From Spironucleus salmonicida (lineage: Eukaryota), in the NCBI RefSeq assembly GCF_000497125.1, contig NC_090602.1, positions 248,001 to 312,000 on the forward strand: a stretch of DNA of 64,000 nucleotides, read 5' to 3'. The translations under genes and the position numbers were made by a program. Shown one piece after another: positions 12,901 through 26,110 of this stretch. The notes below the pieces were generated by a model. That model worked only from the letters and a program-made list of their open reading frames with translations. It made no database searches and was not told where the DNA came from. Within the stretch, counting starts at the first letter, position 1; each line of letters opens with the position of its first letter.

Positions 12901-13818
12901 AGTTAAAGAAATTTAAAGCTTGCAAATATAAAAAATGAAGAAGCTTCACAAGACCATCATAATTTATTTTTGTTATAACATGTTGTTAAAAATTTATCGA
13001 AATTTTCAAGACTGTTGTTTAAGTCTTTAGTATTTAATGAAAATTTATTACTTAAGATATCATTTACTTAAATTTTACAGACTATCAAGCTTACTTATAT
13101 TTCAGAAAATCATGTATTTACAGTATAGAATATCCATTTGAGAGAAATATTTACTTTGTGGCGAATAAAAATAGGATAGGATTTCAGTAAGATGAAAGGG
13201 TTTATTGCCATGTAAGATAGACTCACATTATTAAAAATATTTAACAATTTAAGAAATAAGAATATGATTATTACTAAAAATGAATAGGTTATATTACAAA
13301 ATAATTATAAATAATCATTGGGGGTTACTTTCTATGTTTGGATTCAAGAACTAAAGGTGAAACGTGAAAAAGAAGACTATTTCATTTACTTAAGGTAATT
13401 AAGTAAAGGTTTTAGATTATGGAAGCGATTTGTAAAAATAAATAGTCTAAACTTTTACATAATATCTAGCAAGGCCTAGATGAGAATATAAGGGTAAAAT
13501 ATGTGTATTTTATAACTAGTTTTACGTAAATTCTAGCTTAATAGCTAATTAGCAGAATCACACTTTGCCGGAGTTATAAAGCGTAAAATTATTAATGCAT
13601 TGAAAGATGAACTTATGAAACTCAAGTTTTACAATTAAGACCCAAAATAAAAATTAAAAAAAGGATTATAAATATGGAAAAAGTTATCACGTGATAATGC
13701 GTTAGTAAGACATAAAGAAGTAAAAGCCGAACGATACAACAGAAAATAAGTGGTAAGTAAAATATTTATAGAATGGGCCGCAATATGTGGTGTTGAACTC
13801 GGTTGGGGTGATTATTGA
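9955..13818 (+). CDS. Large basic helical-repeat protein (1287 aa), SFI1-like centrin-binding repeats
   Basis: Long open frame (spot-checked) with recurring F..W helices: AFKSW, TFQLW, FFQW, CFQIWKK, YFFKW, IFTLWR, GFRLWKRF, IFIEW. Confidence 0.65.
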
Positions 13819-13868
13819 TATTTTTCATATTTACAATTAATTATATATATATAAATATTAATAAATAA

Positions 13869-14999
13869 ATGAATATTAAACTAGATGCAAATTAACTGAA
13901 AATTAATGACAGTTTATTTCAGCTTCAAATGACAGTCGATCATATACCACATATATCTTTATTTTTGCTTTGTTTGGCAAATAGTTCAGTAATCAATATT
14001 GATGATTCTCCATATAAAGATTCTCTAGAAGCTTATCTTTTAAACTTAAAAAATAAAAATCTAAATCTAGATAAAATTTCAAGAACCTTTGCAACTATTC
14101 TTGCCGGGGCAGTAGGTGATGCTTTTGGGTACACAATTGAATTTATGTAAGAAGATTCTATTAAGTAAAAGTTTGGAATACTGTAAGAATTTTAAGATAC
14201 AGCATCGGATGATACACAAATGACATTATTTACTATATTAGGAATCAAAAATATGGATATTCATGAAGCTTATAAAGACTGGTACAGAACTTAGCAACAA
14301 TAGAAAAACTTCTTTACAGGTAAAAGTCAAGCAATTTAAGTGCGAAGAGCACCTGGAAATACATGTTTATAAAGTTTAAGCAGTAGGGTTCATATTAAAA
14401 ATAGTTCAAAGGGGTGTGGAACAATAATGAGAGTAGCTCCCTTTGGCTTATTTAGTGAAACGAGAGACTAAGCATTTTAATCTGCATATAAAGCTAGTGA
14501 AATAACACATGGGCATATTGATGGTCTTTTACCAGCTGGTATATTTGCAGCAATGATTTTTGATGCCGTACATAAAATTCCAATAACTTACAGTAACTAT
14601 GATTAATTTGTACCTTAATAGTATTTAGATTAATATGATAAAAGTTAAACTAAGAGAATTCTTTAAAAACTACAAACTATAAATCCAGAATAGCCAAAAA
14701 TTTCTATTGAATCATATTTTAAATCAAATTTTTTGTAGTAATTACATTAACTGGGAGAAGGATGGGTTGCAGAAGAAACTTTAGCTATTTCTTTACTATC
14801 TATTTAAGCTGCTAATTCTTTTAAAAATTTATGTATTCTAAGTTCAAATCATAAAGGAGATTCTGATTCAACAGCTAGTGTTGCCGGTAATCTATATGGA
14901 GCATTGAATGGGTTAAAATCTATAGATATTTAATCACTTGTGAAGTTGGATTTATTTGAGGAGATAATTTTTACTATTTGGTATTATTATCTGAATTGA
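13869..14999 (+). CDS. ADP-ribosylglycohydrolase (ARH/DraG family, 376 aa)
   Basis: Motifs GAVGDAFG, SDDTQMT, RAPGNTCL, SKGCGTIMRVAP, THGH, LGEGWVAEE and NHKGDSDSTASVAGNLYGA. Confidence 0.92.
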
Positions 15000-15028
15000 G
15001 CATTAAATTATATTAATTATTATAAATA

Positions 15029-15991
15029 ATGGATTGGATCACAGCAAATAATTTAGAGTCAGTTGATGAATAAAATCTAGTTCAATTAGATATCTATGAC
15101 TCTATCGAAAATATTCCACCTCCTCCAACAATAAAGGATGTACTGGTTTCATTTTGTATCCCTTTAGCTGTTTTCAGAGGTAGACGGCTTAGAGCACGTA
15201 AAATGCAAGACTTATTAAAGACTCAAGCAACTCATGCATATAATAAATCAGAATTCTTCTCATTTGATCTTGAAACAGTATAAAAGTTAAAAAATGTTCT
15301 AGAAAAGCCAATTTTTGCTAAAAGACCATAATTTACTATTGGTTACAATAAACATCATATAAATTTAATAAATAACAAAGATTAAGAAGAAATTACATCA
15401 AATGACCTACCAAGTGGTTACTCTTACTTTTTGCCTCTGATAAAACCAAGGAAAAAACTACTTTGCCTCGACTTAGACGAAACACTTATCCGAAGTATAT
15501 AGAATTATTAAAATGGAGACGAAGATTTTAGCATTACTGTTGTAGTGTAAGAAAAGACAGTTTCATTTGCAATTATTAAGAGACCTCATCTACATGAGTT
15601 TTTAACTAATCTAGCGCATTTCTACGATCTATGTATATATACATATTCAATTTAACAGTATGCTGACCAAATTATTGATGTTATAGATCCGCTTAAATTA
15701 ATCAAATTTCGTTTATATCGCTAGCATTGTGTTCGAATGGATCTGGATGACGGTGAAAGTAAATTTATTATTATAAAGGATTTAACTCGTGTAGGCCGTT
15801 GCTTAGATGAAATTTTGTTAGTTGATAATAGCAAGAAAACAGGATATTGGTAAGAAAATAATTTTATCTTAGTAAGCTCATTTTTGGGTGATAGGAGCGA
15901 TACTTTATTACCTAGCTTGTAGGTGGTTTTGGCAAAATTAGGCGAATCAGAAAGCATATATCATGAACTTAAAAAGAGCAAAGAAGGTTGA
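15029..15991 (+). CDS. FCP1/SCP (NIF) family HAD phosphatase, CTD small phosphatase-like (320 aa)
   Basis: Motifs LCLDLDETL, KRPHLHEFL, YADQIIDVIDP, RLYRQHC, IKDLTRVGR and LVDNS. Confidence 0.92.
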
Positions 15992-16213
15992 AATGGAAAT
16001 TTTAGTGAGAATTATAGTTAATTTCATTTAATTACCATGTTTTAAGTAAATGCATGATGTTTATTATTAAAGAGATAATAAACATTAAAAATTATATAGT
16101 TCAGGTAAAAGTCTACAGCAATAATATGTTTTTATCTAATTAATAACAAAAAGTATATACACTAAAAGTATAAGTATCTTAAATTAGTAATTCAAACTAT
16201 TAATATTTCATTC

Positions 16214-17071
16214 TCAAAATCTGCCTCCAGGAAGCTAAATCGCCTTAATATCACCTTTAGTTTATTCTTCTTAGTCATCAAGTTCCATTTTAGTGCTCAT
16301 CAAATCATCTTTATTCTCGTCCTGCTTGGCATTAATTTCATCGTTAGCCACAGGTGCATCTTCAGAAATTTGATGTGTATTCTTTAAAGATGCTAAATAC
16401 TCACCAACTTAGCGAACCGATGCAATACCCTACTTAAGTTAAAATCCTTAAAGCAGAGAATTAGCAGCCGACATAGGGAAGGCCTTACGCAGCGTTGCAT
16501 CATACTTTTAAACAATATAATCACGATATTAATTATACTCGGTTGGGTCTATTATAAGGTCGTACCTAATCAGCTTAAGATATGCATGCTCAGCTTTTGT
16601 GAGGTTTTAAAGCGGTACGCCAAAGACTGTTGCGTAGTCTTTTAAAGAATAATGGAAATCATCATAGACTTTTTGCACAATTAAGAGAGTACATGATAAG
16701 ATTAATGTTGCATTCTACTTGCTTATTATTATACCGGAACGTTGCACAATTCTATCTAGATAAAGGATAGCTCCAACTAGTGTTTCGTTTCTCATACGTG
16801 TACGATAACAAAAGTTATAAATAACTTTTCTTAATCGTTCAAAAGTAGCTTCATGATTATTTTGGAAATTAAAAGCGCTAATTAATCTTGGAAATTTATA
16901 CTATGGCTATTTTGGTGCTAATTATTATAGATACTATTCATTTGATTAAATAATTCTATCTAGTATTAATGCAACTGCATCCACTGTACTATTTGGTCGA
17001 GGACTTCTTGGACTATCAAGTGGTAGTTAATAGTTGTTCTTAGAACAAGGAGCTTCAATATCAATTTGCAT
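16214..17071 (-). CDS. P/U-type (Pho80-like) cyclin (285 aa)
   Basis: ETLVGAILYLDR, LILSCTLLIVQKVYDDFHYSLKDYATVFGVP and LTKAEHAYLKLIRYDL fit the cyclin box of the Pho80/CYCU family. Confidence 0.85.
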
Positions 17072-17183
17072 TTCAATTGATTGGAAAGGAATAATAAATT
17101 AAAGTTAGAATATTATTAATAAGTAATTCAGTTAAAATAAATAGTATAGATATTATAATATACTATATAATTTAGTTCATTAT
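17072..17183. promoter_or_regulatory. Short AT-rich bidirectional promoter region between cyclin and CDK-like kinase
   Basis: 112 bp between divergent ATGs, with a TATATAA element and TCCTTTCC upstream of the cyclin. Confidence 0.55.
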
Positions 17184-18137
17184 ATGCACAACTATACTAT
17201 TTAAAATTTACTTGGTGAAGGTACTTACGGAAAAGTTTATTCTGCTATTAATAAGGATAGTTAATTAGTAGCCCTAAAATTGCTAAAAACTAGAGGTTCT
17301 CTTAGAGCTGCAGATTATGCTGAAATGCGTGCTGCTAGTTCTTTTTAGAATAAAAATGTCCTTTAGGTATTAAGTATCTTTAACCATGAAAATTAACTTT
17401 GTATTGTATCCGAGATGTGTGAGTCTTCTCTAGGCAAATTGATGTAACTACGTTTAGGGGCATAAGAACGAAAAATATTATGTTATGGAATATTGAATGG
17501 TATTAAATATCTACATGAAAAGCATTTTTTACACTGTGATTTGAAGCCAGATAATGTTTTAATAACAAAAAAATAGTTAAAACATGAACAGTGGGCTGCG
17601 GTACCAAAAATTATTGACTTTGGTTTAGGGACATTTTTAAACGGAAAATATGGATTTATGCGCAACCCTGGTGCGAGTTATAAGTGGACAACTGGTTTCA
17701 GACCTCCAGAAGTTATTTTAGGTAATTGGGATATTGGATATAGTGGAGATATATGGTCTGCAGGTGTAATATTTTTATTGTTTAAATCTAGGTAAAATCC
17801 TTTTTCTTCTGCAGATCCTTTATAACTTGATATGATTGCTAAAACATTTAATTCTACAAAAGAATAAGTAGTCTAGTAGGTATTAAACGGGTAAGGGGAT
17901 TTGTAATTAGGATAAGAATGGAAAGATTTATATAAAAATCATCCAATAGAGCTTGATTTTATTTAACAAATGCTTTAATTAGATTTTAAAAAGAGACCCA
18001 CAGCAGATCAATTATTACATCATAAATGGCTAGAAGGTGTTGGTGATACTGTTGATTAGCCATTTGAGTAAAGTGGTCTTATGTTTAGAATATTTGATGA
18101 CAAATAGGAAATACCTAGTTCAGAGTGGGTATTTTGA
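17184..18137 (+). CDS. CDK-like (CMGC) Ser/Thr protein kinase (317 aa)
   Basis: Motifs LGEGTYGKV, VALK, HCDLKPDN, DFGLG, TTGFRPPE, DIWSAGVI and KRPTADQLLHHKW. Confidence 0.9.
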
Positions 18138-18152
18138 GTTAATTGAACTAAA

Positions 18153-18374
18153 TCACTATATGCATACATAAAAATTTCTTTTACATGCTTGTTACGCCAG
18201 AGCCCTCCTTACTTTTGTTTTTACTGAAATCATTTTAGGTACAATCAATTATTCACATAATGTTTCAATTTCTTTAATATAATTTTTAGTTTTACCATAG
18301 CTTTTTACTTAAATGGTGGGTAGCTTAGGTTTTTAATCAAAAATAAACTGTTGGCAGCTAAAAGTTTATTTCAT
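18153..18374 (-). CDS. Small hypothetical basic protein (73 aa)
   Basis: Open frame MKQTFSCQQ...FYVCIQ* ending TAG TGA. Confidence 0.5.
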
Positions 18375-18427
18375 TTTTAATAGTTTGATAAATTATATTA
18401 TAATATAATACATATGATTAATTTAGC

Positions 18428-21400
18428 TCAATTGCTAGAAAGGTATATTTCCTTTACTAGATCGATTCCCTCAAGTTCAAATTGAATATTAATTGACCAA
18501 ATGCGATCAGTAATAATAATTAAACCGCTGGGATCTAAAGATTCTAAATCACAACCAAAGCATACACAATTGATATTAATTATTAATTATTTAATTAATT
18601 ATGGATATTAAATACTTACGGAATTATTCATATTTTATAGCACAACAAATTCTTTTGCAGTTATTTAGCTGATTTCATCTCTCCAGTAATTGACATCATT
18701 ATTAGAATACTTTACAACTTCTAAACTATCATTTTATGGCTAAAAAATTAAACTTTATAACACATTATCTCTTTTAAATATAATTCGTTTAGCAGTATTT
18801 AACACAACTCCTTAACCATTAAATAAAACAAAATTCCCACCATTTATTGTACTTACTGCTTACATTTATGTAACAAAATTAGCCATTTAACAGAATTAAT
18901 AATTTACTTCGCATTTTCCTTATTCAAATGTATAAATAAATTTAGTTGACTTACATGGATCAATAAATAGGAAAACCTTTTCATTAATTTCAGTGTTATA
19001 GTTTATCTGTTTTAATTAATTATCAACCACAGCATAACCAAACAAAATATTTTATATGAGCAGTTTTTTCGTATTTTTCTTCTAAAAATTAACCTCTAAA
19101 CATTTAAAATTAGCAGACTGACTAATATTTTAAGGAATCTGTATATTATATTCTTCACAGAAAAAATTTAAATTTACAGTCTTTAAAGAACGCACCTCTG
19201 ATATGATGTATGTTTCCTTTATCTAAAATTAATAATCTACATGTCTAATAAATTGCAAATGATTGAACTAAACTGAAATAGAAGTAACAGTATCTTTTTC
19301 ATTATTAGAAGATATTATGCCTTTCACTATTAGAGAAAGTTTATTATAATCATATATTGAATTTAAAATTTCAAACTTTCCATGTTTTAAAAATATATAA
19401 TTTACCTTTACTAGAGGATACAACTATGAAATTTCATGCTATGAAGGAAATTTTATCTAAATATATGTTATCTGCTCATTAAGTATTTAGTTCTCTTCAA
19501 TTTGTGTTGAATCAGTTATAAAATGTTAATTTTAATTTTTCTTATAAAATGTGTATTAACTAGTCTAACTAACCTCATGATATTCTATATCATAAATTTA
19601 ATATATTCTGCATTAAAGCTAAAAATCATTAAAGCAATCAAATAGTTATTCGTTTTATTGTTTAAATGATAGGATATAATCTTTTTGTATATCTTCGAAA
19701 TTCACTAATTAAGTGGAACTTTTCGTCATTATTTATTTTTTAACTTTTTGCATATCAAATGTTTGAACAAAGAATCCTAATAATTGTAAACTTTTACAAT
19801 TAAGAAAATTGAACAAACCAGATTATGTAAATAGATTCTACTATTGTGCTGACAACATTTATGTGCACAGTTTTACAAAAAATTAAGGGTTTAACCCTTG
19901 TTTTTATAAAATAAATAGAAATTATTTTAAATGCAAAGAATTGAAACTATTATACTAATTTAAAAATTAATTAAATACAATCATCGTAATTATTGTCTTT
20001 TAGGTTGAATTTTCTTTCAATAACGTTATAAACTATGATGCAACTTTATAAACAGACATACATCCACCGGAAAATTATAAAATAAATTAAAATTATGATT
20101 TAAGTTACCTATGGAAAAATATGTTAACATTAGCTTATTCCTAAAGAAGAGTCTTCACATAGTATAAATATTATAATGCAAGATGCACTAAACCATGTTT
20201 AAGTAGCAATAAAGAGTCTTACTGGAAACTATTCAATATTTGCGTTAACTCTTATTCAGATGGCTTTGATAATGTAAATATTAAATACTATATAACAATT
20301 TTTTTAATTGGACAATTAATATACACTTAACACTATTTTAGCAACTTTTTAGATAATACCTTAAGCCCTAATTATCCGCAAATTTTCGCATAATCTATTA
20401 TAAGATTAATGGGTTCGTAATTTTATTCCAATACCATTTTAGTTGGAAATTTAATAATTTAGTCAAATTCTTTGAGATTAGATTTTCTAAGCTGCGGAAA
20501 TTAAGCAAATATTTTTTAATGTTCTTATTCTTTATTTTCTAATGAAAAATATGATGTTGAGAAGTTACTTGTTTGCAATTAATAGGAACCATAAATATCA
20601 GGTGTGAACTTATAATTAAATAATTTATATTTGTTTATTGGGAAAAACATATCTAAAAACTATAATTAAGTTTATGTTTTTTAGTAAGTTATTTAGGACA
20701 TATCTAAATTAAAATCTTATTATTATGATATAGGAGTAGTTTTGAGTAAGTCTTAATACTAACCTACAAGTGTCTTTTACATTTAAGAACTTACAAAATT
20801 ATACAAATTAAGTGACTATAAAAATCCGCCTTTATGTTCTGTTTAATTAATAAAAGCATAATCTAATTTTGATTCAGGAAATTAATCTCCATCACTATCA
20901 ACTAAATAAAATGCCGAATTTTCTTAAATATCTAATATCGAAAGTGGTATCTATTATTCAGTATTAATCATATTAAAGTTTCTCTAATTTTCTAACATAG
21001 ATATCTATGGATTCGTTAAATCTAATTGGCCAATACCTATTATTATATCAGGAGAGTTATACCCTATAACTTGATTTAAAATAATATCCTCAATATTAAT
21101 ATATTTTATATCATTCTAATATTAAGGGAATAGAAAAAAAAGCTAGTTATCATCTTAATTTTAGGATGAAGCCTCAAAATTTAATTTATAAATATCTTTA
21201 TAGTAGTCTGGTAATTTATTTGTCGTAGTTTTTTACCACGATATAATTTATTACATCATTTCATGATGTTTTTAGTATAATTCTTATAGCGGTAGTTAAT
21301 TCGATAATACAGGTATGATTTAAAGAAAATCTTACTATGAATGCTTTTTATATTTTGGTACTAGTTATTTAACCTTAGAAAATTCATATAACTAGTTGAT

Positions 21401-21595
21401 AGTTGTTGGAATAATTATAAATTCTAGTTTGAATTGCTAAAATTCAGTATTTCTGAACTAAACCTACAAATTATTAACTGCTTTATTAAAAGCCTTAATA
21501 GATGTACCTTATAGTTAAAATACATGGACCTACACTTTTGAAAATGAAATAGGGTGACACCAAAACAGTTGGTCTTTAAATATTTTATCAATCAT
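18428..21595 (-). CDS. Large hypothetical protein (1055 aa); alpha/beta N-terminus, helical middle, beta-rich C-terminus
   Basis: No in-frame TGA over 3168 nt. The layout loosely resembles TRAPPC9/Trs120 (weak inference). Confidence 0.75.
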
Positions 21596-22051
21596 TTTTA
21601 ATTCTACTAACTCTATTTTATATATCCTATTATGTGGAATATATTAAAAAAGTCAATATTATCTTTAATTTATGGCATTGTAAAACCAATAATCGATATG
21701 GTTTTCATGCTTTACTTGCTGTTAGATCTAGTAAAAAGAATTAATAATTATTAATACAACTGAATTGGGATTTTATAAGGAATTACTATATCACACTAAT
21801 TTCAATCCTATTCTATTGCATTTGAATATTATTATAATATTTATATAATAAGATATAATTACCCTACAAGTCATTAGGTCAGTAACTGTTATATCTGTTA
21901 CAATCATTATTAAATGACACCAAATATATTTTATTTACTAGTAAATATTAATTGCATTACCAAATAATTAACTACAAACTTTTTATACGTTAATAAAAAC
22001 AAAATTCAAGTTAATAAAAGTACTAACTATTTTTATATGTAAATGTTTTTT

Positions 22052-24715
22052 TCAGTCTATTAACCTCTCATGAAGTAAAATATCTCCAAAATACATCTAA
22101 AGTTTCGTTTCCTATTTTCCGACTTCCTCGATGTCCATATTACCTTCTACATCTTCATTAAGAATACTTCCAATATACTAATATCCCTCAAAGTCGAATT
22201 TGTTTCCATTCATTCTTTCCAAGCTAGATTTAACATCACACTAACAACTTCCAAAATAACAATTATAACAAGAATAATCGCTAAAATTCTATAAATTAGG
22301 ACGAATTTTCAAGATTTTTGGTAAAATTTCTAAATTCCATTCAAGAAAATCAAATTATCCTAAAAATTAAGACAAAATTTAATTATTTGATTCCTTGTGA
22401 CACATTTTGGAGAGTTTCCAAACCTGATAATAGTCTGGTAAATTATACTCGTTAGACACATTTTGAACAAATTAACTCACGGAAAATTGGTTATAATTAA
22501 TCTCTATAAAAGATTAAATTTGCTGGTTGACATCGATAGGATAAATCGTCAAAATTTCTAAAAGTTATAATTTTATTGTTGTTGGATTAACAATTTATTG
22601 CAAAAGATCAAATTAATCATGATAAAATATTTGGTACAATAAAAATGAAGTATATAATTCTGTGTTAAATATCTTGTTTGATAGTTCAGAAATTAAATAT
22701 GTAGAAATTTTATTGTGAGACAATCTAGCTAGCCATTTCTCATCGAACATATCGTTATTTAAAAGCGTTAATAAGTAATCTTCACGTTTCCATATAACTA
22801 CTCCTAGCCACATCGAATCAATTAATTGATTGATTTATCTGAGCGTCTAGTTATCTTAATTAAATAAACATGAGTCAAAGCGTTTTTCCAAATATTCTAA
22901 GATTTTATATAACCAATCCAAGTCATCTAAATATACCAAAAAGAAAACTGCTTTTTCACGTAACTCGAAGCAGTTTTATATATTCAAACAAATTCCACGT
23001 AAAAATCTCTTAATATCCTCAATCAAATTAAAAATTAAATGAATATTTTAATCATTATTGAATAAAGATTTGTATTCTATAAACTACTACTTAAATGAAA
23101 TAAAATTTGTTTCAAACGACTATTTTGAAAACTAATTTAAAATTGAATTTCTAAAAACTTCAAATAACTTCATAGCTAGTTTATCTAAATCAGCTATTTA
23201 TTAGTCTTCCTTCTGATAATTAAATTATAGCAACATTTATATAATTTTATTCTGTTAAATTTAAATTTATTCATAATAGATTGGAGTAACAATAATACTT
23301 GAAACTTAGTCTTTAGCATATTTCTTAAAAAATTCAGTAGGTGATGCAACTTTCTCTAAGTCCTAATCATTATACATATCCTATTTGATGAAATGTTTGT
23401 TGTAAAATGATTCGCTGAGAGTTATTATAGCGGAAACACACTGACTTTCAACTAATTTATCTGTTTCGACCACTTTCCCTTCAATTCCTTCTCTGCTATT
23501 GAATAACTGGCTATAAATCTATAAATTTCCAAACTAGTCTTTAATATTTAAATTTGCAGATTGAACTATTTAATTAAAAATAGTTAAATTAACATTATTT
23601 ATTTTGTTATTGTTATATAAATTTTTTAGTTTGTTCAACTTGAACTGCCAGTCGCAGGCACCAACAAAAGAAATTATAAATTCCTAATCACCGAGTATCA
23701 AGAACCTCCGATTTTCACAATTTAAGTCAATTTTAGGCACCAATTCAACAGCAGACTTCAACAAGTCTCCAGGTTCAATACCTTTTTTGGGAAATATTTT
23801 TGCACAAAAAGCCGTCTTTTCAAGATCAAAATTAGACCTGAGCATGTCATTATGGGCATTTTGAGAAGAATTATGAGCGAACAAAGGATGTAATTATACT
23901 TCTTAAAGAGAAGTAGTAGCAAGTGCAAGGCAGGCAGAATACGGAAAATATCGGGTTGAAAATTGAGAGTGAAAAACTATTTAATGTGGTTTCTCAATGT
24001 TGACACATAACAATTAATAATATATTTTTTGAAATTCTGCAAAATTTGAAGCTGCCACATACCCGAAAAAGAAATGATATAATAAAGCCTAACAAAATAT
24101 ACTGGAAAGTGCTGTTGGAGCTAAATTAATTATTTGGATAATAGGTAGAACAATTTGTGCTGCTTTTAGTAGTTAAATCACTGCTTTTGAGCTTTTTACT
24201 GGTACATATAATATATAAATTTAATCTATGTATTTAGCTTAATAACTGCCCTTCAAAACTACAATCTTTTGTTTAGTAAAGTTTTATAATTCAAGCGCCT
24301 GTGAAACAAGTTGGCTCTCATATTAAATGTTACTATTTTGCAGCAAATTTGGAGGTATAACAAGGAATTAGATATTCCTAGCGAACTAAGAATTTTAATA
24401 AATAACAGTTCCGAAATCTGAGGTAATTGTAGGTTTAAGATTTATTCTAAGATAGAGCAGCTATGGAAAATGTAAAGTTTAACATGGATTATAGGTAATA
24501 AACTTTATTTAAATAAGTTGGTCAGATAGCCCATCAACTATAAGCTTGTTATTGTACACTAATGGTTATTAGATATCATCAGCTGTAAATGAAAGGATTT
24601 GAAGAGTATCAACTAGAAACTCTAAAATACAATCTAATGGTTTCATAAAAGTCAATTCACCCGTAATTTAATCCTATTTGAAGTGTATCTACAATGCCAT
24701 CGCAAGCGGCTCCAT
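22052..24715 (-). CDS. Large protein (887 aa), possible inactive M1-aminopeptidase fold (TAF2-like)
   Basis: Open frame over 2664 nt. N-terminal LQIHFKQDQITGELTF..LQILSFTAD, and ALLYHFFFGYVAASNF where M1 enzymes have HExxHxWFG. The family assignment is tentative. Confidence 0.7.
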
Positions 24716-24752
24716 TTAAAATTAATACTTAATTATCCTTATTATATAATAC

Positions 24753-26003
24753 TCAATTGTCACTCAAATACCTCTTTTCTTATTCGAGAAAACTGACCCA
24801 ACTAATTTCGCTCTCCTAAGCTTGCACGACGACCCCCTTGACCAGCTCATTAAATTGACTGCACATCTGCTCGCAAAGAGCATTTTTCTTGAGCGGAATT
24901 GCTTAAACCTTAGATGCCATTTTATTAATTTTCGCCCTCTCAACACTCAAATTGTCCAGGATTTCGTTCACTTGGCCCTAAACTTCATTCCTGTCACGTT
25001 CTGAGCAGATTTCGCTATTTTGAATTTGAGCATCAAGCTGATAGTTCCGCGAATCGCTTTCTACCGCTAAAATTCCGTCTTTTAAAGCTTCGATTTACTC
25101 GCTCATGGCGCCATTTTACTATGTTAATCGATCGACTTTCCCGGATAAACTTGATATTTAATCAACCCCTTCCTTCATTTTTGACCGGATTTGGTGGAGC
25201 TCCCGCATTCCTGTATGGAGCTGCATTTTGCCGCAAATTTCTTCCGCCAAGTTACGGATTTTGAGCCCAATCTGGTCCTTTTGGTGCGTCAGTTCGAGCG
25301 ATTTTACCTGGTCCGCGTAGCACTCATTCCCATCATTTCTGATGTCCTAGAGGCCCTTGATCGTTCGGTCGATTTCGGCCTTCATGACGGCCTGCTTCGA
25401 AATCAGAGAATCTCGAAGCGCTAGATTTTCCAAATACGTGCAGGTGACAGTTTGTAGGGCAGAAATAGATGTTTTTAGCTCTATCTGGCATTATGTGAGA
25501 ACTCCGTTGACCTCTTTTAGTAGCGGCCGGAATCTCTCCTCCTGAGCGATAAATTCGTTCAAATCCTGCACTTTATGCTTCTTTTCGGTTTGCAGAAACT
25601 TGATTTGCTGGAAATTTATCTCCACATTCTGATAATGGGTTAGAATTAGGTGGTGGACTCTTTATTGTTGCCTGATAAAGTTGAATATTGCTGAAAGATG
25701 GACTTGCAATCTGTTTTTCTGTGGCAATACCAGGTCGAGGATAGAAAAATCAGGTACATCTGTGCAGTTCAGCAGTTTGCTTGTTTAATAGAATATCGTT
25801 AAAATTGGTAACGCCTTGGCATTTAAATTCAGGTCGTATTTGAAGTCTGCTAGTGGGTTTATTTAGAGTAAGTGAATAATATACGTAAAAAGCTCCTAGG
25901 TTATTGTTTTTGATGGTTCCATCACAATTTGAGGGTCATCAAAGTCAATTTCTTGTAAAATATCATTCAATTCACGAACTTTAAGAATTGGGAAGCGGAA
26001 CAT
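24753..26003 (-). CDS. NUF2: Kinetochore protein Nuf2 (416 aa)
   Basis: MFRFPILKVRELNDIL and DFSILDLVLPQKNRLQVHLSAIFNF match the Nuf2 CH domain; a long coiled coil follows. Confidence 0.82.
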
Positions 26004-26110
26004 TTATTTTTGAATATATTTTATATTATTTATTAAATATAATTCAGATTATGCAATATAAAATAAAGTTTATTTATTATTTACTATATGTGAATTAATA
26101 TTAAATATAT

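Noticed and set aside
16057-16085. 11-bp perfect inverted repeat between convergent genes
   Set aside because: Almost all A/T and plausible by chance at this composition; no other support.
19883-19900. TTAAGGGTTTAACCCTT telomere-like palindrome
   Set aside because: Single copy inside an intact coding frame.
21700-21821. 38-codon minus-strand ORF
   Set aside because: Too short and has no recognisable motif.
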